A DNA stretch of 64,000 nucleotides from Parasitella parasitica NRRL 2501 (taxonomy: Eukaryota; Fungi; Mucoromycota): contig MU619267.1 of NCBI GenBank assembly GCA_025201805.1, positions 62,001-126,000 of the forward strand, given 5' to 3'. Shown here one piece after another: positions 24,005 through 36,756 of the stretch. Position numbers and translations under genes: made by a program. The notes beneath the pieces are model-generated. The model ran no database searches. It had not been told where the DNA came from and worked only from the letters and a program-made list of their open reading frames with translations. Numbering within the stretch: the stretch's first letter is position 1; each line of letters begins with the position of its first letter.

Positions 24005-27000
24005 ATGAACGAAACTGATTACCACGTATTGGAGATTTCAGACACTGAAAGCAACTTCAATGGATCACCCAACTTGACGGCTCTCGGAGACACCACAGAC
24101 AACTTACGAGATGCTCCTCAAGACATCGACAGTCCAGATGCTTCAAGTTTGGTATTGGATTTAACTGCGGATGAATACAACTTTGTACATGATATCAGTG
24201 ATGACGACGGCACCACTAGCAACATTGCAGGCGCAACTGTACATAACAGTATCTCAATAGATGATGACGCCTATGCTTTCTTTGTTGAAGCTGGTTTGGA
24301 CAATCCAGAGGAGTTGAGCATGTTGGGTATCAACATTGACGAAATCAACGCTCAGAGAAAAATCGCTGAAAAGCTAGAATTAGAAAACAAAAGGAATGTT
24401 GAATTTGCTCTGCAACTGCAGCGAGAATTAGGCCATTCTGATTCTGCTAGCAGCAGCAGCTCAACGGTCGCTTCGTTTAGTGCACCGCTTAGACCAGGAC
24501 CTTCGTTCATGTCACAGACATCCCTCAAAAGAGAACTAGAAGCCATTGAAGAGCAGAATCCCAAAAAGATAAAAGTAGATGGGTTAGGGAAAGATAATGC
24601 ACCCATTGAGATTGGTGATGACGATGACGATTGTATCGACCTTACCAATGAAAATGCCATCTTTCAGCGCAATCCCTACAACTTGGTCGAATCTTCTGAT
24701 GAAGATGAAGACAGCGACAACGAGCTTATTTGTGAGGATTATCTTAGCAACCCAGTCTACGACCGTCCTTCACGCCCTTACTTTTTCGGTGACTCTGATG
24801 GAAATTCCCTGCACAGAGATCCTCAGGAGAGCTCTCAAACACTGTACTCAATCATGTCTGGTCTTTCAAATCCTTTTGCCGACATGCATGTGCCATATCT
24901 GCAAAGAGCGACGGCATCTTCGTCCACGCCAGATTCAGCAGCATATAGCAGAATGCAAGCTCTTCAATCACACATGGCAGCCATAGCGGCTCAGCAACGT
25001 GTTAAGGGCCATCATCCTCTTTCGTATTCTTCGCCATTGAACCAGCAAGAAACAGAGCGTGAACTTCGTGAACTATTAGAAAACATTGTATCTGATGAAC
25101 CACCGCCACCTGAAGATAGAACTGGTACGCCCGAAGGCCTTTCCATCAACCTGCTGGAGCATCAAAAGATTGGCTTGCAATGGATGACAAAGATGGAGAA
25201 CTCCAACAATAAAGGTGGCATCTTGGCTGACGACATGGGTTTGGGAAAGGTAGGTTTGTCGTGGTCTTGTGCCACTAGAACCGTGTTGTTGATGGATCTC
25301 TCTGTTAGACTATCCAAGCCATGGCAACCATCGTACAAAATCCTTGTCACGATGCCTCGCCCGTTGACCACAGTACAATAGTAGCCCATGGCACAAACAA
25401 CCTTGGCGCAGGGGAATTGAAGATTAAGGCTACCTTGATTGTGTGCCCAGTTTCGCTGATGGATCAATGGCGTAGAGAAATCGAAGATAAAACCTCTCCT
25501 AAACTGAAGGTTCTAGTCTTCCATGGTTCGTCAAGGCCTTCAAATCCACGCCTGTTGGCCCTTTACGATGGTATATTTGTAGTGTGCTGGTATAGTCCCA
25601 TGGTATTAATGACATTTGTTAGTTATTATCTCTTCATATGCTGTTACTGCATCGAACTTTAAAGAAACTCAGTTGGGTCCATTCCACAAGGTTACGTTCC
25701 ACAGAGTCATCTTGGATGAAGCGCATACAATCAAGAACAAGCAAACTTTTGTTGCCCGTGGATGGTAAGTTGAATGCATGTTTTGTTGGTTGGAATCAGC
25801 AGCATAGCTTATTCGTTTTTTTTTTTTTTTCTTTTTACTTTTTTTCGCAGCTGTCAATTAGATGCAGCGTATCGATGGTGCATGACTGCAACTCCTGTTC
25901 AGAACAAGATTGAGGAATTATACTCATTAGTCAAGTTCTTGCGTATTCGACCTTTCGATGATTGGGATGAGTTTAGAGACACCATCTTGCGGCCAATGAA
26001 GAACGGTCAGCACAAAAAGGCTGTTCGCGTTGCTGCTGTGTTGATGAAAGCTATTTCCCTGCGTCGTTCAAAGAAGGCTTTGATAGATGGGCGTCCAATT
26101 CTTGATTTGCCTGAAAGAAATATCCATATGACACATATTGAGTTCTCGCCTGACGAAAGAATACACTACGATTATGTCAACCAACGTGTTCAAGCAAGAT
26201 TCAACAAGTATTTGCGTCAAGGCATTGTCATGAAAAAATACTCGTCTGTGCTGGTTTTGTTGCTACGTCTCCGCCAGGCTTGCTTGCACCCTCATTTAAC
26301 CTTGACTGAAGGTGACTCAGATGCACAGTATGCAGACGAAAAATGTCAGACAGAATCTGCCAAAGACATGAATCCAGGGGTAGTCAGTCGTTTGTTGAGT
26401 GATAGTGCCACTCTTAGCGACATTGAGTGTCCTATTTGCATGGACACTGCTGAAAATGCTCAGATCCTCAAGGGATGTGGGCACATACTTTGCAAGGAAT
26501 GCCTGGACTCATACGTCAATACTAGTGATGGCAGTATCAAGCGATGTCCCCAATGTCGTGGTGAACTGAGCATCAAGAAACTGGTAGGAGTGGAGGCCTT
26601 TATCAAGGTTTATGCCCCACATCTACTTGAAGAAGCTGAAGAAGAAGCGGACGAGGAAGTCGCGGCCAAGGAGAAAGAGAAAGAAGCACTGCAAAGGGCG
26701 CAAGAATGTGTCTCTAGTTCCAAGATTGACAAAATGATTGAAATCCTTGATGCAACAGCTGAAGAAACCGGAGGTCGCGACAAGACCATTGTGTTTTCTC
26801 AATTTACTGGCTTTGTAAGTGTGCTTTATTTATTTCGATTTGGCTACTTACTGGCTCTCGTAGCTTGATTTGATTCATCAACCATTGAGAAACAAAGGCT
26901 ACAAGTATCTTCGCTATGATGGTTCTATGAATATTAAAAAGCGTGCAGAAACTGTCAGTCAGTTCTTTGATGATCCCGAAATTAAGGTCTTGCTTGTCTC

Positions 27001-27464
27001 GACTAAATGCGGTTCGTTGGGTCTCAATCTGACATGTGCTAATCGTGTCATCTTGATGGATGTATGGTGGAATCCAGCATTAGAGAACCAGGCTATTGAC
27101 CGTGTCCACCGCATTGGCCAGCAAAAACCTGTAGATGTTCATCGTATATTTATTTCCAACACTGTTGAAGATCGTATCTTGAAACTGCAAGAAAAGAAAC
27201 AGGTAAAATTTCGACATGTCTTTTTTTTTTTTTTTTTTTTNNNNNNNNNNAACACTCTGTTAGACCATCGCTGACGGTGTATTGGGAGAAGGCTCAGCTA
27301 ATAACGTCAATCGTTTGGGTGTTCAAGAGTTGTTGTATCTCTTCCGTGGCGGCGATTTACCAGAGAATGGAGAAGGTCCTTCTGGACCTACAACTGTTGC
27401 TGCTGCTGCTGCTGCTTCTGGATCTGGATCTGGATCTGGATCTGGATCTGGATCTCGATCTTGA
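24005..27464 (+). CDS. SNF2-family ATPase with internal RING finger (Rad5/Rad16 group; Uls1/Rrp-like N-terminus), multi-exon, assembly gap in last intron
   Basis: [71 protein letters not shown]...CGHILCKEC...[28 protein letters not shown]. Confidence 0.93.
27241..27250. other. Assembly gap (others at 40327-40336, 44108-44117, 56046-56075)
   Basis: Runs of N, each next to a long A or T homopolymer. Confidence 0.99.
27417..27458 (+). repeat. (TCTGGA)6 hexanucleotide repeat encoding a Ser-Gly tail, preceded by (GCT)n
   Basis: Six perfect copies plus one TCTCGA variant just before the SNF2 gene stop codon. Confidence 0.9.
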
Positions 27465-27844
27465 AAGGCCGCCAACACATGTGTATATTTATCATCAATT
27501 TAAAATTGTTCATACCCCCATTTTAACGCTATATGACTGATTGCTTATATATATATATTGAATACTTCTGTGCAACTTAAAGCATCCGAATACAACATGT
27601 CCCCAACTAATTTTACACAAGGAAATATATAAAAGCCATCATCAATCATATGAAACGTCAAGTGCATTACACTGCTATTCTCGAAATTTAAGTATCTTCA
27701 ATTACAAACATATACTGACCATGTACAAATAACCATGCAATATTCACAAACATTTGAGTAAACATGAGATATTTATTAAATGCAGCTGTCAAAGTTGGTA
27801 ACGAAAGTTCAGCCTAATGGATATTTGACATGAGCAAGAGGTTA

Positions 27845-29029
27845 TTAGGTTTTCTTTGCTTTCTTCTTGGATTCACTAGTAACGGTTGACTTTCGCTTGT
27901 TTGTAGCAGTGCGTTTTGGAGCAGCAGATCTATGAGTACACCACATGTGCATGTTAACGTAAACGTATGTGCTTTCAATGCTGAGAATTGCTTACGTGGC
28001 TTTTTCTTTGGCAGCTGTAGCATCCTTGACTCTGCTTGATCGACGGGTGGGCTCAGTCCTTTAAAATATAGGCAATGGTTATGGTTAATTAAACTAAATG
28101 TACTCAGGATGTTACTTACTTTGCTTTGGCAGCAGGTTTTGATTTGGCTTTAGGGGTCTCGGTTTCTTTGGTTTCCTCGTTAGCCTTTGATGTCTTTTTC
28201 GACTTTGTACTATTGATACTCTGCTTCTTGGTGTTTTGACTATCAGTATCTTGCTTATCTTGCTTATCTTTGTCTTTCGCCTCGACTCTCTCAGCTTCCC
28301 CGGATGCAGCCCTGCTTTTAGTGTCATTGCTTTCATTTTTCCTATTCAAACATTGTTATTATAAGGATACATGTAAAGTTCTCAATTGTCAAACATACTT
28401 TTTTCGTTCGCTAGACGATGCCTCCTGTTTCGCATTAGATTCAGGTTCACTTTCTTCGTTTTCTTCCTCTTCTTCTGTTTCAGGGAGCTGGCCTTTATCC
28501 CAAGCTGTTCGAATACGCTCTTGATCCTCCTCCCGAAGCGTGTCAAATCCAGTGATTTCTTCAGGACTTGACATGGCCTCTCTCATATTCCCAAGCACTG
28601 TAGGAGTGGTACATAGCCTTACATGGAAGCTTAGCGTCGGTTTGCAAGGTATAAAACGACATGTAGAAACCCTTACCAATGACGCCAAATCACACTAGTG
28701 TGCCCACGAACCTCTGTCTCCACACCAAGTCTCAATTCACCTTTCTAAAAAGGAAAATTGATTACATGAGGGTCACTATAGAAGGATTTCTTCCAACTAC
28801 TTACACCAATGTTACGTTTCTCAGAAACACAGCCTTTTTTTGGGCCTTTGCACGAACTTCTGTCACTCTGTAAACAACATACATTGATGAATGCTGCGCC
28901 CCCCCTCTTCCCTCCTTTTTAGTAAAATGTTACCTTTGCGTACTAATTTTCAAGGATGCTTTTTTAGCGCTGCTAATTATTTGTGTATATAACAAGATAC
29001 GCGAGACTTACATCTACGAAATAAACCAT
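27845..29029 (-). CDS. Stand-alone PARP-type zinc finger protein (Hpz1-like) with an acidic then Lys-rich tail, many small exons
   Basis: Spliced MVYFVD|YAK|SDRSSCKGPKKGCVSEKRNIG|KGELRLGV...IWRHW|LCTTPTVL...ITGFDTLREEDQERIR matches the zf-PARP pattern (YAKS.R..C..C...I.KGELR.G..W.H..C; GF..L..EDQ..I). Confidence 0.85.
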
Positions 29030-29460
29030 TGTATTCAAAGATTTTCCAATAAATGAATGTAAAAGAAGAAAGAAAAGAGAAAAAAAAGAGACTTTTTGTT
29101 GTTGGTCAAGCAGTTTTTAGAGAATTTGTCGTATCAGTGACGCAAAGCAAGAGTTATGGATTTCATAACTTGGCCAATAAACCCATGAAAACCCATTCGA
29201 TAAGTATGATGTATTACATCCATAAATCCAAAACTATTTAATGCATTTTTTAGAATAACTGAAAAATTCAACTTCTTGTAAACATCTGGTACTTGGCGTA
29301 AAGTTTTGCAGCCAAGACGTGTGATTATCAGATGTTTTGGTGCAATGAACAGTGTTACAGGCTGGGTATCAAAGCTGAGGCTGTAATACCAAGATGAAGT
29401 GTATAAATTTCTGTCTGCAGGAACCTCCTTTCAGGTTTTCTACTCATCTATCTCTTCACG

Positions 29461-31038
29461 ATGCTATCTATTAAATCAGCAATATCGTTTCTCGTGCCAG
29501 TTGTATCGTTTGTAGTTTATCAAGCCGCTACAAAGGCAGATTTCTTGACTTTACCCTGTGCATTGGTTGGGTATGACTGTCCTTCCAACATACCTATTCA
29601 TGGGTTTGTCGATGATAATTACAAGGAAACTTACAATGTCTTTGTGGACAATATAAAGAAAGGTCGTGAAGTTGGCGCTGGTCTTACCGTGTATGTAGAT
29701 GGAAAAAAAGTGGTTAGTCTTCAGGGCGGCTGGCAGGATGTCGAGAACAAGATTGAGTATACAAACAATACCTTACAGATGGTATTTTCGAGTACAAAAG
29801 CATTGGTAAAAAAATGTCTCACGAGACGGTATTTCATTACTAATGAAATTTATCCAGAGTGCTATAGTAATAGCTCAGTTGGTTGACCAAGGACTACTGT
29901 CGTACGATGAACGTATATCCACTTATTGGCCTGAATTTGCTCAAAATAACAAGGAAAATGTAACTCTGATGGATTTGGTAAGTAATTTGAGGTTTACTGC
30001 GGTTTTTTGTCATGGCTAATAAAGACAACTCTACATTAGATGAGACACACTGCTGGCATCGGTGCTCTTGATACTCCCCTTTCAATGGCCAATGTTTCTG
30101 ATCCTGTTGTGTTTGCAGAAATCTTGGCGAGCCAGCCTCATAACTTTGACGGTAAACCAGTGCATTCGTACCATGCTATTACCCAGGGATGGTATCAGAA
30201 CGAGATCATTCGTCGTGTTGATCCTCAACATCGCACCATTGATGATTTTGCCCGAGAATACAAGGAAGCATATGGGTCCGAATGGTATTTGAAGCCTGAT
30301 GCCACCGAAGGCGTCGATTTAACCCGCATTGCCCCATTTTACCAAAAGCCTAAATACCAGCAACTACTGGGCCTGGTTTTGACTTATTTAAACCCTTATG
30401 CTGATAAGACCTTTATCAATGGCATTTTTGACAAGAACAGTTTGTTAACAAAGACAATCATACATCCAAATATTAATCAAAAGGAGGGTATTATGAACAA
30501 TCGTGATCCTGAAAATCGGGCTATTGAGGGGCCATCCTATTCTGGCCATACCAATGCGGATTCGGTAAGTCTTACGTAGTTCCAGCAAAACCACCATGTG
30601 TACAAGGCGCTAATTACACAGTTTTCCCAAAAATAATAGATGGCAAAGATTGGAGCAATGATGGCTAATAGAGGCAAAGCAATTGTAGAAGGAGAACCAG
30701 ATTTGTTTACAAAGGATTCAACCTACCAAGAAGCTACTGCTTTTGTTGCTGCCGAAGACGATGCTGTTTTCCCTCAGCTTCCGACCATTAATCAACGTGG
30801 CGGATTATTAATTTTCCCCAGTGATATTTTTTTCAAACTATCAGATAATGATACCGACTTTGTTGGTGGAACAGGTGCTGGAGGCTCCTTGTTTGTTTGG
30901 AACGAAAAGTACAACATTGCCATTGCTTATGTTATGAATGGTTATGGTGAGACTATTGGCCCCGATGTTCGAACGGCATCAATTGTCAGGTCTGTATATG
31001 AACAGGTCAAGAGGCAAAAATCAGCAGAAACTGCTTAA
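29461..31038 (+). CDS. Beta-lactamase/serine hydrolase family protein with a hydrophobic N-terminus, 4 exons
   Basis: GAGLTVYVDGKKVVSLQGG; FSSTK (SxxK); YWPEFAQNNKENVTL; MRHTAG; SYHAIT; GTGAGGS; IAIAYVMN. Confidence 0.88.
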
Positions 31039-31630
31039 TAAACAACATTGCCATTATATCGCACATCTTTTTTTTTCCTTTATTTGCCACGATTATACGG
31101 TTATTTTTAACCCACATGCTTTTTTGACAGCACCAAGACCAAATCTGTCAGGTAAATACTTTATTTTTTTATCCGGGGCGAACTTGTGTGTGGCAAAAAT
31201 AACGAGCAAAAGCTGCTATTGTCTGCATAATTTTGGTCATGAAAAAATCTTTATATAGAAAATCATTTTATATGAATTGCTAAACAAAGCAAGAACTAGC
31301 CAATGACGCATCTTACATCCCCATCTTGCATTCTGATAGAGTCTATGCATTTATACTACCGTTTTTATCATCTGCTTTCAAGCGTCTCGCAGCCCTTCAA
31401 TGTGTATTTACTTGATGTTGGCAAGATATTGTCAAGTACTCCAAGAATTGAAATGTCGAGTACATGGACGTCCAGTTTGCGCATTATAACGGAGATCTAA
31501 CTCGGTGATATTTCTCCCTGTTTGCGTTTGGTGTAATGTAAATGTAAAAGTTCAGGTGTTGGATATCTATCATTGCTTCTCTTTTCTTTTACAAACACAT
31601 TTTTCCCCCCTTCCCCCACTTTGAATTTCA

Positions 31631-34570
31631 ATGGTTTCTTTTGTAGGATTTATAGTCATTTATATTTTTGGAGGCGTAACATTTCTACCTTTTGTCGCAT
31701 TAGCCGCGTTCATATACATCAAAGGTGGAATTGAACCTTTGCTTCCTAAAGTAGCAGACAAAGAACCTGTCAGCCTTGCGCCCAAAGATGAAGATGCCAT
31801 TGTGAAAAAAGGTTGGATTCGACTTACAAACCAATATCAACCCAAAATGCCCGAAGTGAATTCAGGAAACGGCATCATTTCTGGCATCCAATCCTATGTG
31901 AGTGGAAGCAGCAGTAATAGCAGCAATGCAAATCTAAAAAAAGGCCTGGTGTATGCTATATTGAAACATGGCACATTATTCTGTTTTGACTCAGAGAAGC
32001 AACAGCAGGTCGTTATGATTTTACCCATGCAAGACTTTCGAGTGTCTTTGTATCCCCCTAACTCTGATGCCAAGCCTGAAGGCGAAATCTACGGTCGGAC
32101 GTCAGTGATACGCTTGGTTCCCAATGCGCTAAAGGAGGAAAAACTGACACCAAAAAACATCTCCGTTTATACGTTACCCGAAGAAGACATCACATGCTAT
32201 CCTACTCGTGTCTTGTATTTGACTTGCGGGCGCAACATTGACAAGGAGGATTGGTATTTTGGCTTGCTAGAAGCGCACCATCTGCTGCAAGATCAGTCTA
32301 CAGATGGACCCCAATTCGTGATGATGGACAACACGCATTTCGATCAGGATGCTCTAGAAGAATTGATTCGCCGAGTTCAGTCAACACCGAATCATCGCGA
32401 AACTGCTTGGATTAACGCTGTGCTTGGCCGATTATTCTTGGGAATGTATAAAACTGACCGGCTTCAAAACTTTGTGGAAATGAAGATTCGAAAGAAGATT
32501 GACAAGACAAAGAGACCGACATTTTTAGATGAGATTCATGTCCGCAGCGTCGATGTCGGTGCGTCTGTGCCTTTGATCACAGATCCCAAGCTGCTATCGC
32601 TGTCTCCCGAAGGAGAAGTGATTGTGGAAGCCAAAATTGAATATGAAGGTGGATTGACGATAGAGATTGAAACGGATTTTAACTGGTCGTACTCTTCGCG
32701 AATGAAGCCTATCCGCATGAATCTAATTTTGGCAGTGAAATTGAGAAGGTTGGCAGGCAGGATGATGTTTAAATTGAAGGCACCTCCTACTAATCGTTAT
32801 TGGTTGGCATTCTTTGAGATGCCTGAGATGGATTGGAAGATTACACCAGTTGTTGCGGACAAGCAGATCAAATTAAATATTGTAACAAACGCAATTGAAT
32901 CCAGGATCCGAGAAGTAATGCAAGAGTCTTTTGTCTTACCTAATATGGATGACACTTCCTTCTGTCCATCCGGAGGCAAAGGTGGCATTTTCGGCGAGTA
33001 TGTCAAAGTACAGGTTCAAAACAAGCCACTCGCAAACGAAGAACCCACCGGCTACGAAAGACCTCCGTCGGTGTATTCCAACGCTTCCTCGTCCAATTCT
33101 GCAAGCGGCAAGACCCAAACTGCGGATGTCATTAGAGAAGCGCCCACTGTACCTGATTTCGATGAGAAACCTAGCGCTGCTGACATGCTGAAACTCAAGG
33201 ATCGTCGAGCCGAATCTGCCACTGAAATGGTGTCTAACGAGAGACCTGTTTCTGGCGATTTGGCACCACCACGAAAGCTGGAATTATCTCGATCGACGCC
33301 AGATATGCAACAATCTGCTGCAAAAATAAAGTCCCGCCACGAAGATGATTCATCGGTCAATTCAGCCGACAGAAGCTCTGTTACAGATTCAGTGTTATCC
33401 GTATCCAGTACAGCCACGAAATGGTCAACAACGAACGCCCTCAGAAAGAGAGTGATGAAATTAGGCGACGATGGTGATAACAGTGATCCAGAAAGTGCTG
33501 CTTCAGTCAAAACAAACGGCACAACTGGTAGTGGTTTGCTCAACAAGATCAGTAATTTATTACCCCTGGACAACGGCTCATCAGACTCTTCTGCACGCTC
33601 AGTGAACCACAACGGCAACAGAGATGGCAGCAAAAAGAGTTCTCTGATGAACATGGCTGAGAGCTTCTTGCACAAGAAGAATAGTCAAGATGACGATGAT
33701 GATGTACACACGCCCGCAAGCAATGATAAAAAGGAACTCTACGCAGAGAGAATGGCTAATATGCGCAAGCGTGCAGAAGAGAAGCGGCTGTCAGGCTCTT
33801 TTGCAAGTAGTAACAGATCAATCCCTCCTCCATCTTCATCATCTTTTACTACGACTCCTGTCTTCAAAGATCTTCCAGACGCAACGGCCTCCGCAAAGAC
33901 ACTGGTGGATAGCAAAAGTAGCACGGATGACGATTTAATAGCACCGCCTATCAAGCCTCGTCGCCATAGAGCTTCGTCTGCTGTCCAAAATAACTCTACT
34001 GCTCTATCTGACATACCTGAAAATATGCAAAAGCAGCATCCTCCCCTTCCACCTCGTCGCAATTCCACTTCAACTCCTGTATCTGATGGTGCATCCACTA
34101 ACAGGCCCTTGGTGCCTGAACAAGCGGCTCGTATCAACAGCCCAAGTATCGTTATCTTTAGCAATGATAGTCAAAAACAAGAGAATGATCTCGTCACGTC
34201 TCTATCGTCTTCTTCAAACGTCCCAGAACCAGCCGTCCCCACAGACTCCTCACCATCTTTACCCAACACGCAAGAGCATGCACCTGCAATCCCTGAGAAA
34301 CCCAGACCTGTCCTATCTGTACACAATGAAACTGTCCATTCACCACCACCACCGCCGTTGCCTACAACACCTAGACCCAAGCTCTCATCTAGAATAGACG
34401 CAGCAAAGCCTGCATTACCGGATATGCCTAGACCTGTCCCCCCTGCCTATGAAAAAGTGGAGCTGGAAGAACAAAGAGGTCATGAGAACCAACATATTTC
34501 TGCTGCTGCTTCTCCAAGTCTTCCTGCTCCTGCTCCTGCTCCTCTTCCTCCTCTCCCGCGACACCAATAA
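31631..34570 (+). CDS. NVJ2: Membrane contact-site lipid transfer protein (TM-PH-SMP) with a Pro/Ser-rich tail, intronless
   Basis: N-terminal YIFGGVTFLP TM; PH domain (YAILKHGTLFCFDSE...DKEDWYFGL); SMP domain (WINAVLGRLFL, KAPPTNRYWLAF, ESFVLPNMDD). Confidence 0.88.
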   Translation: MVSFVGFIVIYIFGGVTFLPFVALAAFIYIKGGIEPLLPKVADKEPVSLAPKDEDAIVKKGWIRLTNQYQPKMPEVNSGNGIISGIQSYVSGSSSNSSNANLKKGLVYAILKHGTLFCFDSEKQQQVVMILPMQDFRVSLYPPNSDAKPEGEIYGRTSVIRLVPNALKEEKLTPKNISVYTLPEEDITCYPTRVLYLTCGRNIDKEDWYFGLLEAHHLLQDQSTDGPQFVMMDNTHFDQDALEELIRRVQSTPNHRETAWINAVLGRLFLGMYKTDRLQNFVEMKIRKKIDKTKRPTFLDEIHVRSVDVGASVPLITDPKLLSLSPEGEVIVEAKIEYEGGLTIEIETDFNWSYSSRMKPIRMNLILAVKLRRLAGRMMFKLKAPPTNRYWLAFFEMPEMDWKITPVVADKQIKLNIVTNAIESRIREVMQESFVLPNMDDTSFCPSGGKGGIFGEYVKVQVQNKPLANEEPTGYERPPSVYSNASSSNSASGKTQTADVIREAPTVPDFDEKPSAADMLKLKDRRAESATEMVSNERPVSGDLAPPRKLELSRSTPDMQQSAAKIKSRHEDDSSVNSADRSSVTDSVLSVSSTATKWSTTNALRKRVMKLGDDGDNSDPESAASVKTNGTTGSGLLNKISNLLPLDNGSSDSSARSVNHNGNRDGSKKSSLMNMAESFLHKKNSQDDDDDVHTPASNDKKELYAERMANMRKRAEEKRLSGSFASSNRSIPPPSSSSFTTTPVFKDLPDATASAKTLVDSKSSTDDDLIAPPIKPRRHRASSAVQNNSTALSDIPENMQKQHPPLPPRRNSTSTPVSDGASTNRPLVPEQAARINSPSIVIFSNDSQKQENDLVTSLSSSSNVPEPAVPTDSSPSLPNTQEHAPAIPEKPRPVLSVHNETVHSPPPPPLPTTPRPKLSSRIDAAKPALPDMPRPVPPAYEKVELEEQRGHENQHISAAASPSLPAPAPAPLPPLPRHQ

Positions 34571-34690
34571 CGTGTATTTGGAACCGATAAACAATCTTGT
34601 ATATTATTAAATTGTGGATCTTTTATTTTTTGTAATGTGAAAAGTAATGTTTAAAATTATTTACAGCTGCAAGGAAAGCAGAAAAAAAGA

Positions 34691-35893
34691 TTAAGTGGTA
34701 GAGGATACTGTAACATAGCCGGGCGCAGCGTTTTCATATTCTGTTTGGAACAGCTGTTTTTGGTGCTTTTGCATAAAGCTACAAGAGAAAAACAAAAAAG
34801 GCGTAAGGGCAAATCCGTCACCAAAGAAGCAAAATTATCTTACCGTAGGATATCTGTCAAATAGTCAGACAAAACATTGACGGCATCAGGGTCCATGTTT
34901 GTGTGTGCGATCAAGCTAGGCATTTGAACTGTGATTTTGCTGATTAGATACACACGAATTTGAAGCAAAATAGATACTAACCAAACAGTCTTAAAAGGTG
35001 TTCGGCACCATATATGTCAACAAGGTCTGTCTCGCCGTGGGTTTTTCTGATATCAGCATATTGGTGTCTTTCAAATCGATATAGAAGCATGGAGCCTAGC
35101 GCTTTGTTAAAGTAGATTCGAAGGCCTTCCAGTACTTCATCCAATAAATCCTCGTTTCTACATATAAAATTGAGTCAACCTGTCCTCTCGAAACGCATTC
35201 AAAAGCAAACATACAATTCACGGTTGCCCTTTTTGTCCTTTTTGAATCGCTTGTAACGCAATAAAACCTCATTGACGTTTACAGTTCTTGGTAAAGTGAC
35301 TAATTGCTGGTTTTTTGTCACGTTTTCCCAATCATCAACAAGCTGTCCTTTCAATGTATCTGGTATATCAAGTTTGATCTCTGGTCGATTCAAGTAATCT
35401 TCTTCTTTTTCAAGCTTAGCATCTCTACGGCGTTTGCCCAAGGAGCTTCCTTCATGATCATTTTGCTGACCTTTGGTGCTTTTCCCTGATTGCTTGGCCC
35501 GATAGAATGCCTTGAGTCTAAGTTGCATTTGTAAATTTTCTTCCGACCAACGAAGTATTCTTGATTCTGGCACCCATTCATCCCAACTAGATGTCCATTG
35601 CTATGAGCTATTGATACAGTTATACATATTTTCTATTGGTGTACCTTTTTTTCCATCCTTTATAGTGAACAAAGTAGTGAGGTCCTGTTGCTTCAGGGTC
35701 GTCCATCCAATTTTTTTCTAAAATCTATTTTTTTTTTTTTTTTTTTTTCCCCAACATTTAGTAACCCAATTTGGCTTATTTATCGCGTACTGACCTTGGC
35801 TTCATAGATTAGAGGCCCGTGGAAGCATAATACTCTTTCATTATCTTTGTATGAGAAGCTTCTTTCAATTTCTGAGGAGTCCACAGAGGTCAT
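34691..35893 (-). CDS. EAF3: MRG family chromodomain protein (NuA4/Rpd3S subunit), multi-exon
   Basis: ERVLCFHGPLIYEAK; YFVHYKGWK; WDEWVPESRIL; LKGQLVDDWENVTKNQQLV; YFNKALGSMLLYRFER; IYGAEHLLRLF. Confidence 0.95.
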
Positions 35894-36756
35894 TTTATTG
35901 AGGAAAAAAAAAAAAAATACGAGTGAGAAGAAAGGAACGAAAAACTTGCTTCGTGGCTTGAATGGGCCTAATGTTCTCGCCCCCCTCTTATATTTTTGTG
36001 ATCTTAAACAAGTTTGATTGTTACCTGTAATTCGAGATTATAAGCATGTAGAATCGTATGTAAGGTTATGGAGTCTGTAAGGTTCTTTATGGTTATTATA
36101 ATAGTTTACCGCAAGTAAAGGCGAGGGGGGAAGATTCTCAGAATGTTGCTTTTGATGCAGTTCACAGTTGTATAAAAAGACGTTTTTTTTATTTAAAAAA
36201 AATAAACGGAAGCATTTATGCGCAAAATTAATGTTTACCCTGCTCGATTGCTTTACATGGTATTCGTTCAAAAGAAGAACGATGTTGCCAACTGGGCTTT
36301 ATTTGGGTAACATTGTTGTTGTCCAGACGAAGCAATGCTGAACTTTACAGATGGAGTATGAGTAAAATGATTAAATCAATGCATTTTTCTGGTAAGCATT
36401 ACAATCTTGTACACATGCAGCGTCGTTTTTCAGTTATAAGCTTGTACGCATCATGTCAAAAACAATCTGTGTGTCTGTCGGCAGCCGATTTAAAGTTTCC
36501 ACGTTGGGTCTACAACTATTCAGACCTTTCACAAAATAATGCAAAGAGAGTGATTCGCAAGCGGGAATAAAGCAAAAACTAGTAATAGTTCCTAAACAAT
36601 ACTTCTCATACATACATCTTTATTCATCGTCTTTCTCACCTTGTTTTATGATTACAAAGCTCAAATTTTACATTTAACAACCGCTTTCTGCTTAATTACC
36701 AGAGCTTCTGCGCATGTTTTCTTTCAACCTACTTTACTCTTTTTTGATTTTATACA

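Noticed and set aside
29461-31038. Beta-lactamase-fold gene as a recent bacterial transfer or resistance gene
   Set aside because: It has three ordinary spliceosomal introns and host-like composition, and the family is widespread in fungi.
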